Shown here: piece by piece, positions 27,456 through 36,948 of the stretch
Layout: each line of letters begins with the position of its first letter
Numbering within the stretch: position 1 is the first letter of the stretch
Origin: Candidatus Uhrbacteria bacterium GW2011_GWC2_41_11
Lineage (GTDB): Bacteria > Patescibacteriota > Patescibacteriia > UBA9934 > GWF2-40-263
Assembly (NCBI GenBank): GCA_000996355.1
Contig: LCAH01000001.1
Coordinates: 18,482 to 82,481 of the forward strand
DNA length: 64,000 bases
Direction: 5' to 3'
The notes under the pieces: model-generated
Told to the model about the DNA's origin: nothing
The model's database searches: none
Seen by the model: the letters and a program-made list of their open reading frames with translations, nothing else
Position numbers and translations under genes: made by a program

Positions 27456-27968
27456 ATGAAAGAATTATCTCAAACATCTTCGTCAGAAATCTTGCAGTAC
27501 GGACGGGCATTACTCACCTGGCAGGTTGATGAATATTTGAATCATGAACGTCCGCGGTCATGGTATGTGATTGGGGCAATTCTTTCTGTTGCCTTGATTA
27601 TCTATGCAATCGCAACGGCAAATTTTCTTTTTGCTGTTATTATTCTCATGGCAGGACTCATCACGCTTTTTTCAACCTTTCAATCCCCGGATCGCATTGA
27701 GGTCATTTTGACCACCACGGGAGTTGTTGTCGGTGATGCTTTTTACGAATTTAAATCAATGAAGAATTTTTCCATTATTTACGAACCCCCAGAAATAAAA
27801 GTTTTGTATTTGGATTTTTTGAAGCCGTGGATGCCTTTATTATCTGTTCCTTTGGAAGAAATGGATCCAAACCGCGTTCGTGAAATTCTCCTTTCTTTTT
27901 GTGAGGAAAACATCACTCGGCAAGAAGAATCCTTGACGGATCTTGTTCGAAGACTGTATAAATTGTAA
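27456..27968 (+). CDS. hypothetical 2-TM membrane protein
   Basis: 170 aa ORF with two hydrophobic helices. No motif. Confidence 0.45.
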   Translation: MKELSQTSSSEILQYGRALLTWQVDEYLNHERPRSWYVIGAILSVALIIYAIATANFLFAVIILMAGLITLFSTFQSPDRIEVILTTTGVVVGDAFYEFKSMKNFSIIYEPPEIKVLYLDFLKPWMPLLSVPLEEMDPNRVREILLSFCEENITRQEESLTDLVRRLYKL

Positions 27969-27975
27969 GCGTTTT

Positions 27976-28052
27976 GCGCCCGTAGCTCAGTTGGATAGAG
28001 CATCAGCTTGCGGAGCTGAGGGTCGCACGTTCAAGTCGTGCCGGGCGCACCA
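27976..28052 (+). tRNA. tRNA-Arg (anticodon GCG as read; unusual)
   Basis: Acceptor GCGCCCG/CGGGCGC, D arm GCTCAGTTGGATAGAGC, anticodon stem TCAGC/GCTGA with loop TTGCGGA, T arm GCACGTTCAAGTCGTGC, CCA encoded, followed by a terminator hairpin. Confidence 0.75.
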
Positions 28053-28134
28053 GAAAATCCGTCACTTTAGGTGGCGGTTTTTCTTTTGTGTTTTTTTGAG
28101 GTGCGTTACACTGCTTATATTAGTTATTGTATAT

Positions 28135-28995
28135 ATGGATACTCTTCATCACGAAACATTAGATACTCAAAAAGAACAGGACTGGTTTGACCAATCGCAT
28201 CAGATTCAGGAGATACGAAAAAAAGGGTTGGAAGCAGTTATGCGCGGAGCAACACAAGAGCAAATATTACATGCATTTGAAGGACGAGAAAAAAAGGTTT
28301 GTTGCATGGATGAAGGAATATCTGAAGGAGTCATTCGTACCGCTGGTTCAGGGATTCTTTTGGAAGGAACAGATCGTTTAGCTTTTATCGAGGCAATGAA
28401 AAAAAATAACATCCAAGGAATACAAAGTCATGAAGAATGTGGAGCAGCTGCCCTTTTTAAAAAACAAAAAGGAATCGAAGGGAAGACAACAGATGAGATT
28501 GCTATCGAACACGCAAAACAATTAGCTCATGAAATTGGTGTTCCATATCTTGGACATATTTCCGCATCTGAAATGAAACGTCCAAAAGAATATCATCATG
28601 CGCGTGTGCTTTATTATGATGGAACAGGTCGATTTCAACCACATGCTCTGAATGGGGTATGGCCAAATGGATTTGTAGTGAGTCGTCGTTTTTTAACAGA
28701 GGAAGCTTCTTTGCGGGAAGTTGCACTGGCTTTAGATATTGCATTTGGAGATCATGGATTTGGAAAAAAGTTTTCCACACGAGAGTCGTTTTTAATCATT
28801 GCGATTGGAGATACAAAGAAGGATGGTTTTTCCGCGACTCAAATGGAAGAGGAACTTATGAAATTACAACAGCAATTATTTCGTTCTCGTGATATCAGGT
28901 CTGGACGAATAGAGATTCGAGATTTTTCAGCTCCAGAAATGGAACAAGAAAAAAATATGGACGAATTAGGGCAAGTTGAGTCTGCTGTTTTTTAA
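28135..28995 (+). CDS. hypothetical protein (287 aa)
   Basis: Internal ATG of ORF 27943..28995. The upstream part of that ORF overlaps the tRNA and its terminator. No recognisable domain. Confidence 0.45.
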   Translation: MDTLHHETLDTQKEQDWFDQSHQIQEIRKKGLEAVMRGATQEQILHAFEGREKKVCCMDEGISEGVIRTAGSGILLEGTDRLAFIEAMKKNNIQGIQSHEECGAAALFKKQKGIEGKTTDEIAIEHAKQLAHEIGVPYLGHISASEMKRPKEYHHARVLYYDGTGRFQPHALNGVWPNGFVVSRRFLTEEASLREVALALDIAFGDHGFGKKFSTRESFLIIAIGDTKKDGFSATQMEEELMKLQQQLFRSRDIRSGRIEIRDFSAPEMEQEKNMDELGQVESAVF

Positions 28996-28997
28996 AT

Positions 28998-31052
28998 ATG
29001 TCTATCCATTTGGGTACGGATATTGGAGAACTTCGTGGTATGGGGGAAGCAGCGGTTCGAGATTGCCGACGTTTGGGAATTGTCTCTGTTTGTGACCTTC
29101 TTTGGCATGTTCCGTATCGGTATGAAGATTTTACGTTAACAAAACCGATTTCACGCCTTTCTCATGATGATCTTGTGACGTTGACCGGTCGGATTGTACA
29201 GATCTCAAGCCGTCCGAGCAAAAATCGACGAGTTCAGTTGACAGAGGCTTTATTTGAAAATGAAACAGGAGGACTCAAAGTGACCTGGTTTAATCAAACC
29301 TATTTGGAACGTCTCTTGCGTCCAGGAATGGAAGTGGCGCTTGCTGGGCGTATCGATCGTCGATTTGGTACAACAACTCTTTTGAATCCGGTTCATGAAC
29401 CACCTGGGGTGAATCTTCAGACAGGAAGAATCATTCCTGTTTACGCTTTATCCGGATCATTGACTCAACGTCGTTTACACACAGCGATTGAAGCATCAAA
29501 ACAGGCGTTTGAGGAACTGATCGATTGGTTACCTGAAAAAATAAAACAAGAAGAACTTTTTTTTGATCTTCCAATTGCACTCAAAACACTTCATTTTCCA
29601 GAATCACAGAATGAAATTTCTGCGGCACATGCACGTCTTGTTTTTGATGAACTTTTTTTACAGCAATTGCTTTTTGCAGAAGTACGCAAACAACGTGTGA
29701 CCTGTCAGGCTCAAATTATTTCTATAGACATTGAAGTATTAAAGACATTTGTTGCAGGACTTCCATTTCGTTTAACAAATGCTCAGCGCAAGGTATCTTG
29801 GAAAATAATGCAAGATCTTTCCAAAGAAGTTCCCATGAATCGTTTGCTTCAAGGAGATGTTGGATCTGGAAAAACTATTGTTGCCGCCTTGGCGGCGAAA
29901 GCTGTTTCTGTTGCCGGGTTTCAAACCGTGTATCTTGCACCAACTGAAATGCTTGCCATACAACAACATCGATCGTTTTGTCGATTTTTTCCGTCCGAAA
30001 AAATTGGGTTGTTGACGCGAACAAACTGTCTGATCGGAGAAAAAGAAGTTTCACATGAGGTTATGCTTAAAACACTTGCGTCCGGTCGCGTGCAAATGGT
30101 CATTGGAACACATGCGTTGCTGCAAAAAGATGTGCAATTTGCCAAGTTGTCTTTTGTAATTATTGATGAACAACATCGGTTTGGTGTGCGTCAACGTCAT
30201 GCCCTTTTTGAACGGGAAGGTGTTTCTGTTCCACATTTACTCTCCATGACAGCGACTCCCATTCCACGATCTTTGGCCTTAACGTTGTACGGAGATCTTG
30301 ATATTTCCGTTTTAGATGAATCTCCCGAAGGTCGTTTACCTATTACAACTCGTCTTATTGTTCCGGGAAAAGAAAAAGAAATGGAACGTGTTCTTGTTCA
30401 GGAATTAAATGCAGGATCCCAAGCCTATATTGTCTGTCCGTTCATTGATCCTTCAGACATAGAAGGAAGGGAATCTGTACAAGAGGTAGCTGAACGATTG
30501 AAAAAAGGATGTTTAAAAGATCATCGAATCGGTCTTTTGCACGGACGTCTTTCTTCTTCAGAACGAGATCAGGTTTTAGAAGCGTTTATCAAAGGCAGTC
30601 TTGACGTTGTGATTGCAACAACAGTTATAGAAGTTGGAATGGATGTTCCGAACGCAACAGTGATGGTCATTTTAGGAGCCGAATGTTTTGGTCTTGCGCA
30701 ATTGCATCAGCTGCGCGGACGTGTGGGACGTTCAGACAAATCATCGTATTGTTTTTTGTGTCCGAAGACGATTTCAGAAAAAATTCAGGAACGATTGCAA
30801 ACAGTTGTCTCCTGTCAAAACGGATTTGTTCTTGCTGAGCGTGATCTGGAGCTGCGTGGAAGTGGAAATTTTTTCGGGCAAGCACAATCTGGATTCCCGG
30901 ATTTTCGTTTTGCATCCATGTATGATGTTTTTGCAATGAAAAAAGCACGCGATTGGGTTCGAAAATTTCAGGAACAAGATCCTGAATATACACAATATCC
31001 ATCTGTACGCGAACGAATTTTAGAAGTATTTGAAGACGTTCATGGAGAGTGA
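28998..31052 (+). CDS. recG: ATP-dependent DNA helicase RecG
   Basis: Wedge/OB N-terminus, helicase motifs 'GDVGSGKT', 'DEQHRFGV', 'TATPIPR', 'QLHQLRGRVGR'. Confidence 0.9.
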   Translation: MSIHLGTDIGELRGMGEAAVRDCRRLGIVSVCDLLWHVPYRYEDFTLTKPISRLSHDDLVTLTGRIVQISSRPSKNRRVQLTEALFENETGGLKVTWFNQTYLERLLRPGMEVALAGRIDRRFGTTTLLNPVHEPPGVNLQTGRIIPVYALSGSLTQRRLHTAIEASKQAFEELIDWLPEKIKQEELFFDLPIALKTLHFPESQNEISAAHARLVFDELFLQQLLFAEVRKQRVTCQAQIISIDIEVLKTFVAGLPFRLTNAQRKVSWKIMQDLSKEVPMNRLLQGDVGSGKTIVAALAAKAVSVAGFQTVYLAPTEMLAIQQHRSFCRFFPSEKIGLLTRTNCLIGEKEVSHEVMLKTLASGRVQMVIGTHALLQKDVQFAKLSFVIIDEQHRFGVRQRHALFEREGVSVPHLLSMTATPIPRSLALTLYGDLDISVLDESPEGRLPITTRLIVPGKEKEMERVLVQELNAGSQAYIVCPFIDPSDIEGRESVQEVAERLKKGCLKDHRIGLLHGRLSSSERDQVLEAFIKGSLDVVIATTVIEVGMDVPNATVMVILGAECFGLAQLHQLRGRVGRSDKSSYCFLCPKTISEKIQERLQTVVSCQNGFVLAERDLELRGSGNFFGQAQSGFPDFRFASMYDVFAMKKARDWVRKFQEQDPEYTQYPSVRERILEVFEDVHGE

Positions 31053-31086
31053 CAAATAAGGAGATGAATGCTAAGATCCTGCCTGT

Positions 31087-32976
31087 ATGACACGGACAAA
31101 AAAAATATGGATAGGAGGTCTTATCGGGTTGGGTGTTGCCGGTCTTATTGGCTATGGTTTTTTTGCAGGAAATACAAAAAAACCAGAAATCGTTTCAACA
31201 CAAATACAACGAGAAACGTTGAAACGTACCGTGGAAGCAACAGGAGAATTGGAATCAATCGACAAAATTGATCTCTCTTTTGAAACAGTCGGAACGTTGG
31301 CTGATGTTTTTGTAAAAGTCGGAGATGAAGTCAAAATGGGTGATCTTTTAGCAGATCTTGAATCCAATGAACTTGGAGCTGGAGTGGAACAAGCACGTCA
31401 GGCTGTACAAGTGGCACGTGCAAATTTGCAACAAAAAGCTGCTGGAGCGACATTGGAAGCGGTGAGTGTTGCTGAATCAGCGGTTCGTGCTTCCGAAGCG
31501 TCTCTTCATGCTGCAGAGATTGATTTAGAAAATACACAGGAAGATCTAGTTCAAACACAAGATGTCACAGATGCTCAGATTAAAGAAGCAGAAGTTGCTC
31601 TTGCTTCTGCATCAACATCTTTGGAAAATATTTTGCTTAAAAATACCGAATTGTTATCCGAAGCATCAGAGGATTTGTATAGTGTACTTGTCTCAGGAGT
31701 GATCTCGGTTCGCAGTGCTCTTTCAGATGCAGATGAGGTTTTGGGAATCGACAATAGTCTTGCAAATGATGATTTTGAAGATGTCCTTAGTGTATTAGAT
31801 TCATCCGCTCTTATTCATGCAGATACCGCATACGAAGAAGCATCTCGCAGTATGGATACAGCCGAGACTTCTGTATATGGGCTTGAAGCAACATCTGATC
31901 CGAGTGCGATTGAAACATCAGCTGGTTTAGTTCAAACTGTTTTGGATGATGTGGCAGTGACGTTGCTTTATACGCGCGAAGCATTGGATGCAACTACATC
32001 TGACAGTGCAACATTTACCGCGGCTGAACTTTCTGCGTTGAAAGCAAAAATAGATACAGCTCGAGAAGATATTCAGAAACAAAACGACAAATTACTTACA
32101 CAGGAGCAAACAATTGCTTCATTAGAAATTAGTACGAATACAGATGAAGATACAGCAAAAAATAAAGTCACAGAATTAACCCAATCCGTTTCAAGCGTAA
32201 AAACAGAACAAGCAAGCAAGATGGCGAAAGCGGAAGCTGTTGTTTCTGCTGCAACCGCTGCAGTGGAAGTGGGGAAGGCGGATGTAGAACAAAAACAAAT
32301 GAAATTAGCTGAAGTTCAAGCATCTCCACGTTCAGTGGATTTAGCTGCACTTCAAGCTGCGGTGGAAGAATCCAGGTCCGCACTTGCGATTGCGGAAGCT
32401 CGAATGAGTAAAGCACGTCTTGTATCTCCGCTTACGGGAAAAGTGACAGATGTTGCTTTTGATGTGGGAGAACAGCCTGGAGTGAGACAAACAGTTGTCA
32501 CTATTCAAACAGCTCAGAATCAATTTAAATTAGTAGTTGACGTCCCTGAATCAGATATTACAAAAGTGTCTTTGAATGACAAAGTTGATCTTACATTTGA
32601 TGCATTTGGAGACGATGTACATGTCGCAGGAATAGTTGGTCTTATTGATCCTGCAGAAAAAACAGTTGAAGGAGTTGTTTATTATGAAGTCACTGTTTAT
32701 CTTGTTGATCCAAACACTTCGCTCAATTTGAAATCTGGTATGACTTTGGATGCGGCTATTGTGACTGCACAAGTTGATAATGTATTGACTATTCCACAAC
32801 GTGCTGTGCTTGAGCGTGTGGATGGAACAAAATATGTGCGTGTATTGACGGGTGAAACCACCTATGACGAGCGTACCGTAACACTTGGATTACATGGAGA
32901 CGAAGGAAAAGTTGAAGTCGTTTCCGGATTAAATGAAGGAGACAAGGCTATCTTGACCATTCGTCCAGCGAAATAA
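31087..32976 (+). CDS. efflux periplasmic adaptor (HlyD/MacA-like membrane fusion protein) with long coiled coil
   Basis: N-terminal TM, ~300 aa Ala/Glu-rich coiled coil, C-terminal beta-barrel/lipoyl-like region. Precedes ABC ATPase and permease genes. Confidence 0.7.
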   Translation: MTRTKKIWIGGLIGLGVAGLIGYGFFAGNTKKPEIVSTQIQRETLKRTVEATGELESIDKIDLSFETVGTLADVFVKVGDEVKMGDLLADLESNELGAGVEQARQAVQVARANLQQKAAGATLEAVSVAESAVRASEASLHAAEIDLENTQEDLVQTQDVTDAQIKEAEVALASASTSLENILLKNTELLSEASEDLYSVLVSGVISVRSALSDADEVLGIDNSLANDDFEDVLSVLDSSALIHADTAYEEASRSMDTAETSVYGLEATSDPSAIETSAGLVQTVLDDVAVTLLYTREALDATTSDSATFTAAELSALKAKIDTAREDIQKQNDKLLTQEQTIASLEISTNTDEDTAKNKVTELTQSVSSVKTEQASKMAKAEAVVSAATAAVEVGKADVEQKQMKLAEVQASPRSVDLAALQAAVEESRSALAIAEARMSKARLVSPLTGKVTDVAFDVGEQPGVRQTVVTIQTAQNQFKLVVDVPESDITKVSLNDKVDLTFDAFGDDVHVAGIVGLIDPAEKTVEGVVYYEVTVYLVDPNTSLNLKSGMTLDAAIVTAQVDNVLTIPQRAVLERVDGTKYVRVLTGETTYDERTVTLGLHGDEGKVEVVSGLNEGDKAILTIRPAK

Positions 32977-32977
32977 T

Positions 32978-33703
32978 ATGTCTTCTTCGATTCCGCTTAT
33001 TGATCTTCGTGATGTAAAAAAACAGTATATCAATGATGGAGTTGCAACTACTGTCCTTCATGGAGTTTCTTTTGCGATTCAGGAGGGGGAGTTTGTAGCT
33101 CTCATGGGACCTTCCGGTTCAGGAAAATCCACTCTCATGCATATTTTGGGTTTTTTGGATCGATTGACCGAAGGTGCCTATTTTTTTCGTGGACAAGATG
33201 TTTCTCGATTGGATGATAATGCGCTTACTGCTATGCGTCGCGATCAGGTTGGCTTTGTTTTTCAAGCATTTCATCTTCTTCCTAAATCAAGTGTTATTGA
33301 TAACATCATGCTTCCGATGATGTATGTAGGTGTTCCGCGTAGTGAACGTCGTAAAAAAGCAGAACAAGCGCTTGATTCTGTTGGACTCAGCCACCGCACG
33401 GATCATCTTTCAAACCAGCTTTCCGGTGGAGAAAGACAACGTGTCGCGATTGCGCGTGCACTTGTGAATAATCCATCATTATTGTTTGCAGATGAACCCA
33501 CGGGAAATTTGGACTCAAAATCCGGATCTGACGTGTTGCAATTGCTTCAAAATCTTCATACATCCGGTCACACTATTATTATGGTGACACATGAGTCTGA
33601 GGCAGCAGAACACGCAGAACGCATTATTCGTATTCGTGATGGACTCCTTGTTTCAGATGCACGAGATCATGCGCGCCGACAAGGAAGCATTTATAATAAA
33701 TAG
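32978..33703 (+). CDS. ABC transporter ATP-binding protein (MacB/LolD-like)
   Basis: Walker A 'GPSGSGKST', signature '[15 protein letters not shown]', Walker B '[12 protein letters not shown]'. Confidence 0.9.
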   Translation: MSSSIPLIDLRDVKKQYINDGVATTVLHGVSFAIQEGEFVALMGPSGSGKSTLMHILGFLDRLTEGAYFFRGQDVSRLDDNALTAMRRDQVGFVFQAFHLLPKSSVIDNIMLPMMYVGVPRSERRKKAEQALDSVGLSHRTDHLSNQLSGGERQRVAIARALVNNPSLLFADEPTGNLDSKSGSDVLQLLQNLHTSGHTIIMVTHESEAAEHAERIIRIRDGLLVSDARDHARRQGSIYNK

Positions 33704-33716
33704 GGGGATATTTTTT

Positions 33717-34949
33717 GTGCAACTTCCAGATCTCTTCATGACTGCTTCTTCTTCACTCAGTCGCAATAAATCGCGATCAATTTTAACGATTCTTGGAATT
33801 GTGATTGGAATTGCGGCAGTTATTCTCATGCTTTCTATTGGTCAAAGTGCACAAGGGCTTATTTTGAATCAAGTTGCTGATTTAGGATCGGATTTGATTT
33901 TTATTGAACCTTCATCTGGAGGAGATTCTTCCGGGCCGCCAAGTGCGTTTGTGGAGCAGACATTAAAAATTGATGATGCAAAAGCCTTAGAACGTAGCGG
34001 ATTGTTTATGGATGTTTCTTCTATGATCGTGTCTAGCATGGCAGTCAGTCGTGGGGAAGAAAGTAAATTTTCCCAAGTGACAGGAGTGACAGAAGGATAC
34101 CTTTCGATTTTTCCAGCAGATGTTGCCGAGGGAAGGTTTATTGAACGTTCTGATGTAGATTCATACGCACGCGTTGCGGTGCTTGGAAAAGAAATTGCGC
34201 AAGATTTATTTGGAGACCAAGATCCGATTGGAAAAGAAATTAAAATTAAACAAACAACTGTTCGGGTGATTGGTGTTCTTGCAGAACAAGGATCAAGATT
34301 CTTTCAAAATTTGGATCAACGCATTGCGGTACCAGTGACAACTGCTCAACGCGACATTATTGGATTAGATACAGTGAATTTTATTGCGGCAAGGACGTCT
34401 CAAGATATTGAATCTGCCAAAGATGAAATACGTTGGATTCTTCGAGCTGAGCACGATATTGATAATCCGGAAAATGATGTGAAAAAAGACGATTTTATTG
34501 TTTCTTCTCAAAGTGATGCTGTTGAAATTATTGGAATTGTTGGTGGGGTACTCACGATCCTTCTTTCTTCGATTGCAGCTATTTCATTGGTTGTTGGTGG
34601 AATTGGAATCATGAACATTATGCTTGTCTCTGTGACAGAGCGCACGAAAGAAATTGGGTTACGAAAAGCCGTTGGGGCAACGTATAGTGAAATTCTTCAA
34701 CAATTTCTTTTGGAGGCTGTTCTTCTAACTATGTTGGGTGGAATTATTGGTGTTTTGATAGGAGTCATTACGTCTCGCTTAGCAGCGTCTATTCTCGCTT
34801 CGTATATAGAAGGATGGCAATCGATTGTTCCAATGGAGGCAGTGGTATCTGGAGTGGTTGTGGCAACGACAGTCGGAATTATTTTTGGTTTGTACCCTGC
34901 AAGACGAGCCGCACATCTTGATCCAATTGAAGCATTGCGATACGAATAA
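33717..34949 (+). CDS. ABC transporter permease (MacB/FtsX family); GTG start
   Basis: GTG at 33717 with GGGGGA 7 nt upstream. N-terminal TM, large periplasmic domain, C-terminal FtsX-like TM bundle. Confidence 0.8.
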   Translation: MQLPDLFMTASSSLSRNKSRSILTILGIVIGIAAVILMLSIGQSAQGLILNQVADLGSDLIFIEPSSGGDSSGPPSAFVEQTLKIDDAKALERSGLFMDVSSMIVSSMAVSRGEESKFSQVTGVTEGYLSIFPADVAEGRFIERSDVDSYARVAVLGKEIAQDLFGDQDPIGKEIKIKQTTVRVIGVLAEQGSRFFQNLDQRIAVPVTTAQRDIIGLDTVNFIAARTSQDIESAKDEIRWILRAEHDIDNPENDVKKDDFIVSSQSDAVEIIGIVGGVLTILLSSIAAISLVVGGIGIMNIMLVSVTERTKEIGLRKAVGATYSEILQQFLLEAVLLTMLGGIIGVLIGVITSRLAASILASYIEGWQSIVPMEAVVSGVVVATTVGIIFGLYPARRAAHLDPIEALRYE

Positions 34950-34964
34950 AAAGAGAAATAAAAA

Positions 34965-34998
34965 ACGAGGAATCCAGTTTGAATTCCTCGTCTTTGTT
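34965..34998. terminator. bidirectional hairpin terminator (ACGAGGAAT/ATTCCTCGT)
   Basis: Perfect 9 bp stem between convergent operons (ABC permease +, 35012 ORF -), with A/T runs on both sides. Confidence 0.55.
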
Positions 34999-35011
34999 AT
35001 ATGAGACGATT

Positions 35012-35227
35012 TTAGGAATCATCTTCATTTTTTTTGTTTTCATCTGGCAGACCAAGAATTGATCCGAGAGTGAACACTACAATGAAGATGAGGAAGAGAA
35101 TTCCAAGTGTAATTCCCAATCCTATTCCTACGCATCCGCATCCAGTCGATTCTTGATAATAATCTCCTCCTGCACGAGCTATTCCAGAAGAAAGAAAAAA
35201 TATCGCAGCAACCAAATTCTTCATCAT
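35012..35227 (-). CDS. small hypothetical membrane/secreted protein (71 aa)
   Basis: Signal-peptide-like N-terminus plus a TM helix. Immediately downstream of the CHAP gene in the same operon. Confidence 0.35.
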   Translation of the reverse strand: MMKNLVAAIFFLSSGIARAGGDYYQESTGCGCVGIGLGITLGILFLIFIVVFTLGSILGLPDENKKNEDDS

Positions 35228-35228
35228 T

Positions 35229-35843
35229 TTAATTTCCTTTTGCTAAGTGTTGCCGGCTCCAACCAGCAACAGGCCATGGATATGGCGAGTGGACATCCAC
35301 CCACCATTTCAAACCATCATGGCGAAGATGAAGGGAGTCTTGCCACAAGAACTTTTTGAACAAATGGTTTTTGTGATGAATCACAAAATTTTGCTGGACA
35401 AAGTGAATGATTCCTTCTTGTACATTCACTTCGGTTATGAGACCGACATGTCCAACTGATCCATCTTCTGGACCGTTATCAAAAACGAGAATGTCATCCA
35501 TTTGAGGTGGAATAGTTCCACCATTTTTGTTTGCCACCAGGTCTTTGTTAAATGGTTCCCAGAAATAGGAGTCTGCATGGCCCATTTTGGCCATATTCTT
35601 GTGTCCAAGTTTTTCAACGTAGGCTCGATTTACAAGCTCTACACATTCAAACTCAAGCCCATATTTTCCTCGATGGCTTGGACCATTTTTGGCGTAAACA
35701 GTCACATTATTCATGGTTCCAAGCACGGCTCCATCAGATGGGAGAAAGAGTCCCCATCCTTGGGAAAGATAACTCTGAACCCACATCCATCCTCCTGCGA
35801 TCAACATGAGTAGCAGGATGAGATTTATGATTCGATATTTCAT
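35229..35843 (-). CDS. CHAP-domain amidase/peptidase (NlpC/P60 superfamily), membrane-anchored
   Basis: N-terminal TM, catalytic Cys context 'GLEFECVELVNRAY' and His context 'GHVGLITEV'. Confidence 0.6.
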   Translation of the reverse strand: MKYRIINLILLLMLIAGGWMWVQSYLSQGWGLFLPSDGAVLGTMNNVTVYAKNGPSHRGKYGLEFECVELVNRAYVEKLGHKNMAKMGHADSYFWEPFNKDLVANKNGGTIPPQMDDILVFDNGPEDGSVGHVGLITEVNVQEGIIHFVQQNFVIHHKNHLFKKFLWQDSLHLRHDGLKWWVDVHSPYPWPVAGWSRQHLAKGN

Positions 35844-36844
35844 TGAGTCTCCTTGCGAACGATCTGTGGATACAGATCGTAATCGTTTCGGAAGTGAAAC
35901 AGTAAACTTTTTTCGAGGACCGCATCAATCGGTCTGTTTATAAAAAACGGAAGTCGCGATGCATGCCGAGGGAAAATCAAATATTTTTGCATCGTCTCCC
36001 ACGGCATGTTGTTCTGAACAAAAGAAATTGTTCTCTCTCTGACTTCAGGAAGGCGGAGTTTTTTTCCATTTTTGAAATGAACTTCCGCAATCCAGACAGG
36101 GAGTAATTTTCCATCTGCAAACAATGCCTCCAGTGTTTCCATGCGCAAAGGATTTTCATCTTTTTTGTGCATGAAGTGGATGGCTTTTCCTTTGGCAAAG
36201 AAAACAAGATGGGAATTGACATCCGGCCCTTCGGTTCGAATTTTCTCCCAGTACACTGTTTCTTCCCAAAGAAGACCAAATATATACACCTTTTGCGAAT
36301 CAAATGGAAAACGTGTGACCTCTTGGATCAGCTCCGTTTTCTTTTTTGGAGACAAATGTCCTTGAGAATCAAAATTTTCTGTGTGATCCCAAACTGTTGT
36401 GAGTTTTCGCATGTTTGAGATCGTTTTTGAATTGATTCTATGTGTCCGAATTTTCCAGGCAGGTGCATGGACAAATTTTACACCGGTGAACAAGTTTATA
36501 TATTTGATCACCGTTGCAGAACATAAATCCTCATCATACTCCCACCAAGGAAGAATGTTCGGTAGTTGTTGAGTTTCCATGACTTGATTCAGAAGCATGG
36601 AGCGCTCTTGTAACGTCATACGACTCACAATGCGCCAGAATATTTTTTCTTCCGTATGAGCCTCAGCCGCAATCGGAAGATAGAGACGCCACACAATCAC
36701 CAAGAAGGTAATAGTGATGCTTGTGAGAGCAATCGTGCGGGTACCAATCCGCACAAGTCGCTGACGATTCATGCGAATTTTCATCTGCTCCTCCTGTGTG
36801 GATTTGTATCCGTTTAAAAAGGGCTTTTTCGTCCATGTTTGCAA
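35840..36844 (-). CDS. hypothetical membrane-anchored protein (334 aa; start uncertain)
   Basis: TM helix near the N-terminus (TIALTSITITFLVIVW). 4-nt overlap with the downstream CHAP gene. Confidence 0.45.
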   Translation of the reverse strand: MQTWTKKPFLNGYKSTQEEQMKIRMNRQRLVRIGTRTIALTSITITFLVIVWRLYLPIAAEAHTEEKIFWRIVSRMTLQERSMLLNQVMETQQLPNILPWWEYDEDLCSATVIKYINLFTGVKFVHAPAWKIRTHRINSKTISNMRKLTTVWDHTENFDSQGHLSPKKKTELIQEVTRFPFDSQKVYIFGLLWEETVYWEKIRTEGPDVNSHLVFFAKGKAIHFMHKKDENPLRMETLEALFADGKLLPVWIAEVHFKNGKKLRLPEVRERTISFVQNNMPWETMQKYLIFPRHASRLPFFINRPIDAVLEKSLLFHFRNDYDLYPQIVRKETQ

Positions 36845-36948
36845 GACGAAACTAATGGTTGATTATCATGAATTTAAAATTTTGTCAAATATAATAGACA
36901 AATATAAAATAAAAAAGATCCAAGTGTTTTTAGGATCCTTTGTTCGAT

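Noticed and set aside
27943-28134. 5' extension of ORF 27943..28995 running through tRNA-Arg and its terminator
   Set aside because: The extension overlaps a tRNA. The gene is started at the internal ATG at 28135.
33591-33716. Upstream portion of ORF 33591..34949 overlapping the ABC ATPase gene
   Set aside because: It overlaps the ATPase gene 3' end in another frame. A GTG with a good RBS at 33717 gives a canonical MacB-type N-terminus.
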